Shown here: positions 13,579 through 24,676 of the stretch, in pieces
How positions within the stretch are numbered: the first letter of the stretch is position 1
Layout of the letters: every line of letters starts with the position of its first letter
DNA from: Takakia lepidozioides
Taxonomy: Eukaryota > Plantae > Bryophyta
NCBI GenBank assembly: GCA_030704615.1
Contig: CM060731.1
Location: 58,714,001 to 58,778,000, forward strand
Direction: 5' to 3'
Length of the DNA stretch: 64,000 nt
Position numbers and translations under genes: made by a program
Notes under the pieces: model-generated
Told to the model about the DNA's origin: nothing
The model's database searches: none
The model's input: only the letters and a program-made list of their open reading frames with translations

Positions 13579-15109
13579 CATCACCCCTGAAAGCCGCCAC
13601 CTTGAAGCCCTTCTTGAAATTATTTTCTTGCACATAAAGTGTGGCTAGTTGTCGTCTAGCACTAGTTGACGGTATTCGATGTTAGAGTTGATATAATCGT
13701 GCAAGTCTTTCCAGTTGGACCATGCAAGTCACCTTGAAAGACCCTGAATGCACCAGGTCACATTTGTATTGTGAAATCGACCTTACCTGAACTCTTGCAA
13801 CTGGATATCGAGCAACTAGCCGACTACCATACGATACGCATCTCGAGATATGTTGAGATACGAGATATTTAGGCACAACTGTTGGTGCAGCACAAATAGG
13901 GTCAGTGGAGGTCTATAGAAGCTTGAATCGGGGCGGCGGGCCCAGCCGTCAAGCGGCGCTGCCTTCGCTCGCCTTCTAGAAGGCTGGTTCGCGCCAAGTG
14001 CACACTCTCACAGTTGGGCCCTGGATGTGGCTGGACACACGGCTTCGTCCCGAATCCCATCGCCTTCCTGCTTCGCTCTATTACACCCTTTCCTGCATCC
14101 CTATTGGTTGCTACAATCATCTCTTTTTCTTTGGCCTTTCAAAATTTTCCCCAACTGATGTTCAGTATTTACTATTATTCCTTATTATTACTTATATTTC
14201 AAGTTGGTTGCATGTTTGGCATATCAGGAAACTCTGAAGATTTCCACAAGATTACAAAATATCTTTGTACACCCCAGTCACAGCCACATACTTGTAAGCT
14301 TGTGGCGAATTCAACAGGGCGGGCATGTCCCAAGTGAGTTCTCACCACACCAATAAAATGCAAGAAGCGCTCTTAGCTTCTTGAAGTGCCTAGGAACTTT
14401 CAACCTTGACAACATCATCATTTGAGCAGAGGAGACAATTCTTCATCTAATAACAACTGATGTGATTGTTTGACAAGACCAGCCCTACACAAGTAACAGC
14501 TATGCTTTGAAGCCAGAGCACTTTCAAATTCTTTGCAGACATGAGGCCTGTATCTCTTTACAAAATGACGAATGAATATCTCTATAGATTCCATCACACT
14601 ATCACTTGCCCCATGTTCATGAGAAACTTGTAAGGGGAAACACAATCCCAAAACAAAGAATCACCCTTGCCTACAGATTCTTCTATGGGCTTCCACTTGT
14701 CAGGTAGGCCATCCCGAAGAAGCCACTAGTGTGACGCAACCAAATGCCATAAAAATGGTTCAAATCCTTACTTCAATAAACCCTAATGCTTGAGAAGAAT
14801 CATGATCAGCACATGGAAGTGCTGCGGATGCCTGTATGTTATAAAATTAGATACCTGTATGGTACAGTTGTATCTGCAGGGTTGTATACTATGGAGTTGC
14901 ATGTGACTGGCGAAGTCTAGTAATTGAATGTACAACTTTCCAAGACCTCTCAAGCAGTTCCCAGCAAATACCAACCATTTAAAATGTCAAAGAATGGTAT
15001 GTAAGGGAACTCGAAACATCTTGCTATTCCAGCATTGAGAATGAAGTGGTTGTTTTAGGGGCCAGGAGGGCCCAAGGAGGGGTCAGCTTCCATAGTACTA
15101 GGGTAGTTC

Positions 15110-17616
15110 TCAGCCCTCAGGACTAGGTCTAGCTAATACCTCTGGTGTGGGTGGAGTTAGACTCTTTCTCCTAAGAACTTGGGCCAGCCGCGATGGGTTG
15201 CCAGCATTCAAAAGCTTCTGCTGTTGTCTCTGTATTCTCCTGAGTGTATACCAGCGTCCTCCTCGAAATCCCAATGCATACCTGCCCCCACAGAAAAATG
15301 TCATATTCTGTAACAGAAATGAAACCAATCCCTGGAGTTAAGACTCACTTCAGTAATGCTTCTGTTGACCTGTATTACATGACAAGACAAAAAGTTCCCA
15401 GACTTCTGGGCTTTATCGCACATTTAACCCTAAACCCTACACCCAGAGGGAGCAGTCAGCTTGACCCTCCCTTTCTCAGCTGCCCATTGCTATCCCAACC
15501 ACATTTCTAGTTGAGTGGGAAGAATATATCTCTCTAGCTTGACAGTTCAAGATTGTTCACAAGGTTGACTTGAGGTCAGTTAATCTCGGCTGACTGCTTA
15601 TATGTCTCTAAGGAATCAAGGCAACTGTCTGGCACACAGTCTCACCCTGCTTGCTTGTGGGTAACATTGGTGTTGCAAAAGCATACCCTATGAACAGAGT
15701 GGTTCCTGCAGTGGCAGCACAAGCAGCGTAGCTTACACCCAGTGAGCTGGTGAGAGCCTTCACTTGGTCGTCCTCCAACTTATGCACTGTTGTCATCTGG
15801 ATTCCACCCACCATAGCACCGTCAGACATGGAGGTATGTTTACAATGATGGTGTTGTGACCAGTAGGGAGGATTGAACACTGTTAAAATGCATACCCTCT
15901 GTGTCCCTGAATCTGCTATCAAACTCTAGATACTTACTCCCCACAGCAAAACTGTCGTACATCACTGCAACCCACCCTCTCTACCCTAGTACCAATCAAT
16001 GCTTTCACGGGAGTGAAATACAAAATCTTGGAACAATATCTAGTCGATTCCAGAGGGCAGTGATAAACACCGAAGTGGCTTACAGCATGTTCAATGGAGT
16101 TAAGGCGCTCCTCCACCTTCCTTTGATGCATTTGTCGCGCTGTGTATCCTGTCCACTCAAAGATTGAAAAGAGTTACACACATCACATCTGAACAGCTTT
16201 ATAACACAAAAAGTACCCCTGTATTAAATAAACTCTAAGGATTTAAAAAGGTTCAGTGAACTTTTAGGGTAACAGTCGGCTGATTGTCAGTCTAGAATCC
16301 ATCAGATCACCTGGTTGTACTAAGCATCAACGAAGAGATCCGAATGATCACAAGGTCCTACAACACTATTACCTAGAACAACCACTAATTACTGAGTTCT
16401 GTCATGATTTGGCAATCATAGCAAGCGGCAGCCCTTGTGGATTGGGTAAAAGCCCAGGATGTCTGGATTTCTATGTGTAAAAGAGTGAAAGGCTAACCTG
16501 CCCAAGCAGCTGCCGCAGATGCCAGCGATGCTCCAATTGTGAACACCACATTATGTTTCTCAAAGATATCCTGTGCACATTAAGGCCAAATACCGCAAAG
16601 TAAGGTGAACCTTTCCCACGCTAATGAAAGCAGTCTGCGAAGCTTGGGCAATCAAGACTGTTGCAACAAAGCAGGTGGGCTGTTAAGTGGCATGTGAAAA
16701 TTGTAAAGTGATACCAGACCCTCCGCAGTCTCTGCACTTGACCTAGAGTGTGATTATAAACTTCAAGGAGGCCGTGCCAACGGCACAGAGGAAACACATA
16801 CAGCTTGAAACCCTGTGACATTCACCCACTTGACTACTAGAACGGTTTGAAGCACCCAATGGGGTTCAATGGTAGTCTTATCACTAAATTTTCTCAGTGA
16901 CTTTTCAGAGGTGCATTAAAAAAGGCTTTTCATGACCAAATTCCAGCTCCAGAGAATGCTTGATCCGATGGTCTGCAGGATCCATTCCCAGCCCAACTTT
17001 GTACATAGACAAAGTTGGAGCTGAATCAAGGACTTGAGGCATCTGTAGATATCCGATACTATGGATGTCTAGAATTCCCATCTATCAGAGGCTTAAAACT
17101 CAAAACCCGTGCAAGCCATGGTGTTCCCCGGCTGTTTCATTACTTGAGAGTTGTGGTGGGCTCAGAGAGAGAGGAGAGAGGGAGGCATATACATTCCACG
17201 ACAACCCCCGTGAACACTTGGTTTGACGCACCCTTTGAGGCCAATAACCCCGTGAATTTCGAATCTTCCCAGTTGGGGTCATGGGATTTCCAGCCACCAA
17301 GATTTGAAATTCAATCAAAAGTTGCCAACCTATACCAAGAAGAATCCGGTGAGAGGGCCTTGACATTAAGGCTGCCCTATAAATCACACTACCAAGCATA
17401 GTACTGTTCGAGTACAGCTACTGTCGCACTCTACACGGGCAAACGTAAGATATGTGCTTGTACCGAGTCACAGCGGCTGGAGACATAAAGACTAAGGTGT
17501 CAAAGTTATCCAGATCCGGCATAGAAATACGACGAGGATAAGGAGGTAATACCTTGACAGAGAAGAAGGTGTCATGCACAGCGCGGTGCGCATGCGTGAA
17601 TTTCGCACGCACTTGC

Positions 17617-17621
<5 letters not shown>
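15110..17621 (-). CDS. Small protein of unknown function (~162 aa, two hydrophobic segments), probably conserved in plants. Exons 17621-17553, 16570-16498, 16148-16084, 15796-15687, 15281-15110
   Basis: Five exons with GT-AG borders and matching phases give MQQVRAKFTHAHRAVHDTFFSVKDIFEKHNVVFTIGASLASAAAAWAGYTARQMHQRKVEERLNSIEHAMTT...ATAGTTLFIGYALGFRGGRWYT...PEG*. From memory it resembles an uncharacterised angiosperm family (FERHRVVFTVGTS...ATAGTTLILGYALGWRGG). Confidence 0.85.

Positions 17622-17658
<37 letters not shown>
17622..17658 (-). repeat. (GA)n tract directly 5' of the start codon of the 15110-17621 gene
   Basis: A (TC)n run on the plus strand abuts the CAT at 17619-17621. Confidence 0.85.
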
Positions 17659-17660
<2 letters not shown>

Positions 17661-18613
17661 CGTCTCCTCTCGCCCAAATTAAATCCCCTTTCTTACTTTC
17701 TCTGTCTCTAACATTCACACCCTGGAGCACCCTACATACTTCTCTTCCAAACAAGCCATTCCAATTCCCGACTCTCTCCCACACCCTTGTGGACAGGCCC
17801 CGACTGTTGACTCCCAGTGTTGCACAACATGATTCGCAAAGCTTACGTTGACGAACCCCAGCCGTCAAATAAATACATATGCACGGTTCAGATCCGACAG
17901 AATCTAAGGTTCAGATTTATTTCAGGTCCCCCTGCAAGAAGTGGGATTGAAGAAACAAAGATTGCTTGTTTGTTCACTGAATAAGTACCTCGGATACTAG
18001 AGCATAGTACAGACTAGAATTGTATTCTGAATGTTCTAGATTTCTAGATCTCCATGTTCTAGATTTCACTGAATCACAGACTCGAAACAGGTTCAGGGAA
18101 GTTTTCTGCCTAACTTCATTTCATCAGACAAGTTCCTGTGAATGATAGGGATGGCTTCATGGGGAAAAATCAGCAACATAACAAAATTTGACAGACCTTG
18201 CTATGTTGCTGACTCAGCCTGGTAGCTTGAGAGGTTTTCTGGGGGAATCTCTAGGTTGGGGTTCTCATTATGTGAAGTGTGAGGGAAGGGGGGATGCATA
18301 GAGAGAAACAGATATGCAGTGGAGGCCCTGAACCTGTAGGAAAATTATCTTCAACTGTTTTGTTTCAAATTGTTGATCCAACTGCAGTGTGTAATTGACT
18401 AGCTAGGGAACTTGTGGTTATGAACCAACCAGTGGACTGGCCAGTGGAAGACTGCAATCCTGCATATATAATTACGTTTCTTCCTTTTGGTCTTGTTTGT
18501 TTGGGTAACACATTAGGTTTCTCTCATGTTCTTTGATATGGATGTTATAGAGTGTTTTTTCAATGGCTGGCCATTCATAAATGGATCTCAATAGAAGGTG
18601 CTGGTACCTGCAT

Positions 18614-19347
18614 GTATCAAGCAAAGGTGCAGCAGAATCTCATGTATCTAGCGGCCATAGCTGATGCACAACCACAGGGAGCCCAAAGTGCATCTCAGGT
18701 TTTTCCCTCTGACTCTACACTTCCGTGAAGCAGACTGCTGTTCAAATGATTGACCAATGCATGTGTTTCTGTCGATGGGGTTGGTACAAGGTAAGCTGCT
18801 GGTTGGAATTGTTCATGAAAGGTTTGCGAACTGATTATCTCAAGTGCGAATAAAATACCCTGAAATTCACTCATATTTATGTTGTTAGTTTCTATAATTG
18901 GTTTGCCACTCTGTGTGGAGACTGAGCTGGATAGTTAGGAACAAGGTGGCTAGGGGGGATATTTAAGTTTCGAAATAACTATTGCCAGAAGTGAACAATG
19001 CAGGCTGCCCCAGCACCATCAATGCAACCAGCGCAGCAGTATTTGCAGCAGCAGCAACTCATGAAGGGAATTTCGATATCTCAGTACCTGCAACAAAGCC
19101 AAACAGTCCCACCTCATATGTCCCAGCAGTCATTCCTTAGCCAACAGGTATGGTTTCAGGAGGAAGCAGTGGAATGCATGTGTTGTCCAACGATACGGGT
19201 ATGGGAGGCAATGGTCCGCAGTCATCAGGGGCATTATCTGAGTATGGAAAACCTGGGGGTCCCATTGACAGCAACCAGATGAGCATGGGTTTGCGAGGTG
19301 AGACACATGGAGGCGAGATCAGATATGGGGTCTCTTCTCCTCTTTGA
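18614..19347 (+). pseudogene. GRF-interacting factor (GIF/AN3, SSXT family) gene fragment
   Basis: 18615-18698 encodes YQAKVQQNLMYLAAIADAQPQ (the SNH domain C-half) and is followed by a GT donor. The preceding acceptor reads CAT instead of CAG. A Q-rich exon from 19004 is out of frame with the GMVSGGSSGMHVL...EYGKPG tail. No N-terminal exons were found. Confidence 0.75.
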
Positions 19348-19527
19348 GCTCCAAATGAGATGTTACTTTGACAATCCTCCTTACTTCACAAGGCAACCTT
19401 GTGAGCAACAAATTGCAAGATTCTGCCAAGACTCAACTAGTCTAGGGGATGTGATGTTCCTTAGCATGTCCAAGTTGCAAGAGAGATGAGGCATACTTGT
19501 AGAATTGTGGATGACAATTCGAGTAGG

Positions 19528-19813
19528 ACTCAATCCTTCACACGGCAATCCCACATCTGGATGTCACACATTGTTTCAAAGTTACGTCTGCAGTGACTGT
19601 CAAGAATCTGGATCTTCCTCAAAGTTCTCTTCTCTCCTCTGAGCTACAAGGGAGCTGGTCTGTTTTCTTCACTCAATCCTTCACAGCAATCCCACATCTG
19701 GATGTCACACATTGTTTCAAAGTAATGTCTGCAGTGACTGTCAAAAATCTGGATCTTCCTAAGTTCTCTTCTCTCCTCTGAGCTACAAGGGAGCTGGTTT
19801 GTTTTCTTCACTC
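19528..19813. repeat. Two-copy tandem direct repeat, unit about 143 bp
   Basis: actcaatccttcaca...ggagctggt(c/t)tgttttcttc occurs at 19528-19670 and 19671-~19813 with few mismatches. Confidence 0.9.
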
Positions 19814-20361
19814 TGGAACATGTCACAGATAAGATGACTCTGTCATCGAGATGCTTTTCATGCTACTGAGCAATCACAGGGTCCATGCATCTCCATTTCA
19901 CCAGAGATTTTTATCCTTTTATTTGACCGTCGCAACAATAGAACTGTGGAAGCTTGATACGCCCACAAGCCCTGGCAGCAATCACACAAAACTTATTAAA
20001 ACAACTGCAAATGCAGCAACGACAGCTTCGATAAGATGCCACCAAGACTTATTCAAGACCAAAAGTTAGATACTTTCTCTTCCCTGCACACTCCGGTTAA
20101 CCCTTGGCCCAAACAACAAAGAAGAAGCTCATGGACTCTGGGCAGATTATCTCAGCAAGTGCCATCCACAATGGCTCTTGCCACATTCCTATCACACGCG
20201 TAGTGCTCACAATACCTTTTTACCTTTCAGCTATGTACAATTGCAAGATAGCACCTCACACCCAGCATCCTCTCAAGTTCCAGCAAACCAAAACTCCCTA
20301 AAGAGGTTCAGTATGAATTCACAACGACGGCACATGGTAATGGAATATATCCCGTCCTCCC

Positions 20362-23033
20362 TGTAGGGCAACGCTGAGTCCTGTGATTTGGAGGAACGAG
20401 TTTTTGGCTAAGCGTCGGGCTTAGGAAGAAAAGCGAAAAAGATGACTAGATGGATGCTAAGGTGGCGTACAACATCCAGTTGGGGATTTTTAGGATGGAT
20501 GAAATGGTTGAGCACTCAATTAAGCATCATGGATGACAGGGTGGATGGACGATGGGTTAAGGCGATGGATGAACATATCGAAAATGGATGACGGGGCCAA
20601 GTGGCACATCCGTTTAGTTTCTTTGAAGTAAATGAATAAAATAAAATCACTTGGCTGAGATGGATGAACTGGCATAGTTCATCCATCAGAAAGAGGTGGT
20701 AGGTAATCGTACCTAGATTTGGGGGAAGCAGCTAGAAGGATTTCATGAAGTGGTGCACGCTGAGAGGGGGAGTAATACCCGTAGTGCGCAGGGGGTAGAT
20801 TAGACGAATAAAGACCTTTCGGTGGCCGATAAATTAGTGATCCACCGGCGCACCGTCCGGCGTGGATGAGGGCACCGGGGAAGAATATAAGCGAGACTAG
20901 GGAAGGAATAAGTTACCTTGGACTTGTGAGCAATGTGTGAGAGATGGGCTGATGTAGTCCAGACTGAGTGAGCAGTAAATGGTGATCATTTGGTGCATAT
21001 GATGAAGATCTTGTCTCTTGAAATGCAATGTTTGGGGCATATAGACGGATCAGATGCTTAAGGATTGGGGGTTTGAATTTGAGACAATAACTTAGAGGGA
21101 AAGCATCATGGGCACTTAGAGCACACATAGCTAATCGTACCAGGAGTATACTCACGACAACATATAGGTGTTTGACCAGTGAAAGATCACCCTTGGGTGG
21201 CGCAACACCACGAAATAAATGTAGCCCTAATAACATGGTGAGTGGGGCACCAACAGAGCCAGAAAATGAGGGAGAATGATGAGACTTCCCTGCCAAGAAA
21301 GTCAATGACGGGCCTGCAGTGGCATGCAAGGAAAGGGACACCGTAAGTGTTGCCAACAGATGCAAATCAGTATTCATTCATTCGAAAACACCACGGGAGA
21401 TGAACTAGGAAAAGACACCTACAGGGACATTGAAGCATAAAAGAGAAGAGCACTTCACTTGGGAAGAAAGTGAAGAATTGGAGAACGAGGCTGGTGACTG
21501 GCAGTCTAAAAAGGAAAAGCGGTTTGTGGGAAACCCTACCAAGACAACCATATGGAGAGAATCAAGCAAGTGAAGAACTGCCCTACATTGGGGTGGTGCA
21601 AACAAGAGCAAGACCAGAAACTGAACCATAGGGAAGATAGTGGCAGAAAATGACGGGCAAAATCTGTCTGAAAGGAAAGAAGGCCAGGGAAGCAACAAGG
21701 GTAAGGCAGTGGACGTACCTGAAAGGGGGCATAAGGAGCTAGGGAGCAAATTAGGCAACAATTATACCAACAGTGAGGAAGAAGACATGAGACACCTGCT
21801 GGAAAGAGGCAAACCATTATGAGTGAAGAAAAAGGCCTATGGGGAGGAGAACACCAGAAGCGCAAATTACTGCAAATGGCGGCAGAGGAAAGTTTACCAA
21901 GAGAAATGAGTGAGGACCATTATCTCCAACGGAAAGAACATGCGGACGACATCTTCAATGACATCCAGGCAATGCCGTTGCTCACATTTGGGGAGCTCAA
22001 CAATTACCTCAGTCTAGAAGAACAAAAGAGGGTTAAAAAACGTACCAAGCATTACAAATGGAGAGATGGAGTTCTAATTTACAAAGGGATAATTGTACCA
22101 GAACCACAGAAGAGGGAATAAATTGTTCGCCGCGTGCATCGAGAGATGGGACATTTTGGGGTCAAGCGCGTGCAAGCTGAAATCTGCAAGAGGTTCTTCT
22201 GGCACAACAGAACTCGGCAAGTACGGGAGGTATTACAACCTGCAAGCGCTGTCAGGCAGCCAGAGTTTCGGGTCCGTTAAGGTCTGGGGGAAACAAATTT
22301 CGGAACATTCCTATCAAGGACCTCTTTTATAGGGTTGCAATGGATATCGCAGGACCATTACCCAAGACTAAGGAGGGGAACCATTACGCACTCATTGTAG
22401 TAGACCATTTTTCCACATGGGTGAAAGTCACACCATTGGTAGAGCACACAACTGCACCGGCGATCAGATTTCTGGAGGAGCAGGTCATTTACAGATACGG
22501 GATATCTCGGGCAGTGTTGACAGATCAAGGAAGTGAATGGAAGGGTGAACTCAAAGAGGTATGCGAACGATTTGGCATAACGAAGGAGTACTCGGCACCC
22601 TACTGGCCGCAATGTAATGGTATGGCAGAAAGGCTCATCAAGACACTCAAACAAAGTATAGTAACACTAGGAGGAGAGACGGGGTGTGAGTCGGATTGTG
22701 ACCTATATCGCTCAGCATTTGGCTACAGATTCGGAATCCAAGCTTCAACCCGCTACTCATCATTCGAAGTGCTTATTAGCAAGGAGATGCGAATGTCAAT
22801 TGACAACAAGATTGGAGGAGTCACGGAGCTGGTGAAGCTGGATGACGATGAAGATGCCATAGTGAAGATGATGGCCAAGAAAGTACAAGCCATTCGAGCG
22901 ATTGAGGGACAACTCGGTGACAATGTCAAAAGGGCACAAACGCAGCAACAGAGGGGATATGCTGTCAGGCACAAACATCACAAGGAATTTAGGGAGCTGC
23001 CGAATCTAAGTCTGGTAATGATGTTGAAACCAT
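20362..23033 (+). mobile_element. Degenerate Ty3/gypsy LTR retrotransposon: putative LTR 20362-21235, internally deleted, integrase 21819-23035
   Basis: Integrase HHCC region (VHREMGHFGVKR...CKRCQ) and core (MDIAGPLP, VVDHFS, TDQGSEW, PQCNGMAERL) with frameshifts. The putative LTR runs TGTAGGGC...GCCCTAATAACA followed by TGG; its limits are tentative. Confidence 0.75.
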
Positions 23034-24676
23034 AAGTTTGAGGCAGGCACGGAGGTCTGGTTGAACATCAAGAATTTTTTACTACCTCCGGAAGTGAGTC
23101 CAAAGTTCGTACCTTCGTATGCGGGGTCTTTTCGCATCCGGAAGGTTATGAATGAGGATGTGTATGAATTGGAGCTGCCGGCAAACAACAAGGTGCATCC
23201 GATATTCCTCGTTTTCTTTTTGAAGCCTTACTTCAAAGATGAAGTGTGTCCGAATCGGCATCAAGTGTTGCGTCCGCCACCTGTGCTGTTGGATCATGAA
23301 AATGAATCTGAGTACGAGGTGGAGGCAGTGCTTAAGTCGAGGAGGTTCAAGAATCGAAAAACGGAGTATTTCGTGAAATGGAAGGGCTATCATCAAGTGG
23401 AGGCAACTTGGGTGCGTGCCTTAGAAATGAGAAACGCATCCGAGGTGGTTGCAGCTTTCGAAGAGCGACCTCAAAAGCGGAATAAGCGTTGATGGGAACA
23501 TCAACCTTGGATCGTGCGGGAGGAAATGCATGCTTAGTCTGGCTTAGCTAGCTTAGTAATCCAATTGCAAAAACTTGTGTTGTACAAATTTTGTTAATAA
23601 ATGAAATGGTTTCCAATTATTGTGCTTCTTATTTTGTTTGGAATGGTGATGCATGGTATGGTTGGCTAGTGTGTAAAATGCATGCTAGCTTACAAAAGTG
23701 GGAGAGGTAAATTGGATTAATCATGTGTTTGCGCAGTGCCGAAATCGGGTGACTCCCATCCAAGGGGCAAGAAAACTTACGCCTTCTTTGAGAGTTTACG
23801 TGCTAGTGCGCACCTGGCGCGTGCGCGTACTATAACTGTGCTACCAAGGGGGTTGCCTTGTAGTACGGGCTAACTCGGAAGCTACGTGCTTCCGCTCACG
23901 TACTATAATCGTGTAACCTCGGGACGAAGTCGTAGTGCGGCTTCAGCGTGTTCCCGTACCTCAGGCCAGCATTCCAAGGCGGACCCAATTGTAGTGATTG
24001 GGGCGCACGGTTGGTTCAAGGTTATCTTCCTAGTAAAAAAAAGGTTCAAGGTGAACCCTTGCTCAAGGTGATGCCAAATAGCGGCACCATGAGCGGTCGC
24101 AAGCAATGTTGTTGCAGTAAGGCGATTCGATCCTCGGGGATGATCATTCCTCGGCCTTGAAGTGGGCCAAGAAGAGTGCACTGGGTGGAGCTTGAGATGC
24201 CCCACCCTTGGCCGGGACTTGAGGAAGTCGGCCGAACCAGCTAGTGGAGAGTAAAGTCAAGTGGGGGTTTGATTCTTTGCCATGGGATGCCATGGTACGG
24301 AAACAAACTCCTTGATGTGGGACGCCACAACTTGGATGTTAGTTTCTACAAAACGGACAAGTCGATGAGGGCATCGACTCCCTGTTGGTAGGGGTGTGTG
24401 TCGCGGCCCTTTGCCTTGAGGACAGGGGGTCGGGACACGAGATGGGCTGCCCCTGTGGTGGGGGCAGTGGCAACAATAGGTATGGGGGTGAAGCATCATT
24501 GAGTGCCCAAGGCACTCAAGGAGGTGGAGGCGTTCACTAGGTGGAGCCCCGCACACCGGATTGCGGTGGGGGTGGTTCTACGAGGGGTGGTGGCGTCCAG
24601 TTTGGGAATTATGCGCACGCATCAAAGCAAGTAACTATGATTTGAAGGGGAGTTTACCGAAGGGAGGTGCGCGACA
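23034..24676 (+). mobile_element. 3' part of a chromovirus (Ty3/gypsy): integrase C-terminus with chromodomain, 3' UTR, PPT and an internally deleted LTR 24399-24676
   Basis: ORF 23061-23492 has PKFVPSYAGSF, KVHPIF and the chromodomain EYEVEAVL...EYFVKWKGY...ATW. The LTR TGTCGCGG...GCGCGACA is clearly homologous to the LTR at 56436-57162. Confidence 0.88.

Noticed and set aside
18020-18070. Heat-shock-element-like GAAnnTTC repeats
   Set aside because: Imperfect and short enough to occur by chance, with no supporting evidence.
21236-21250. PBS after the putative LTR at 21235
   Set aside because: It starts with TGG, but I cannot match it confidently to a tRNA 3' end.
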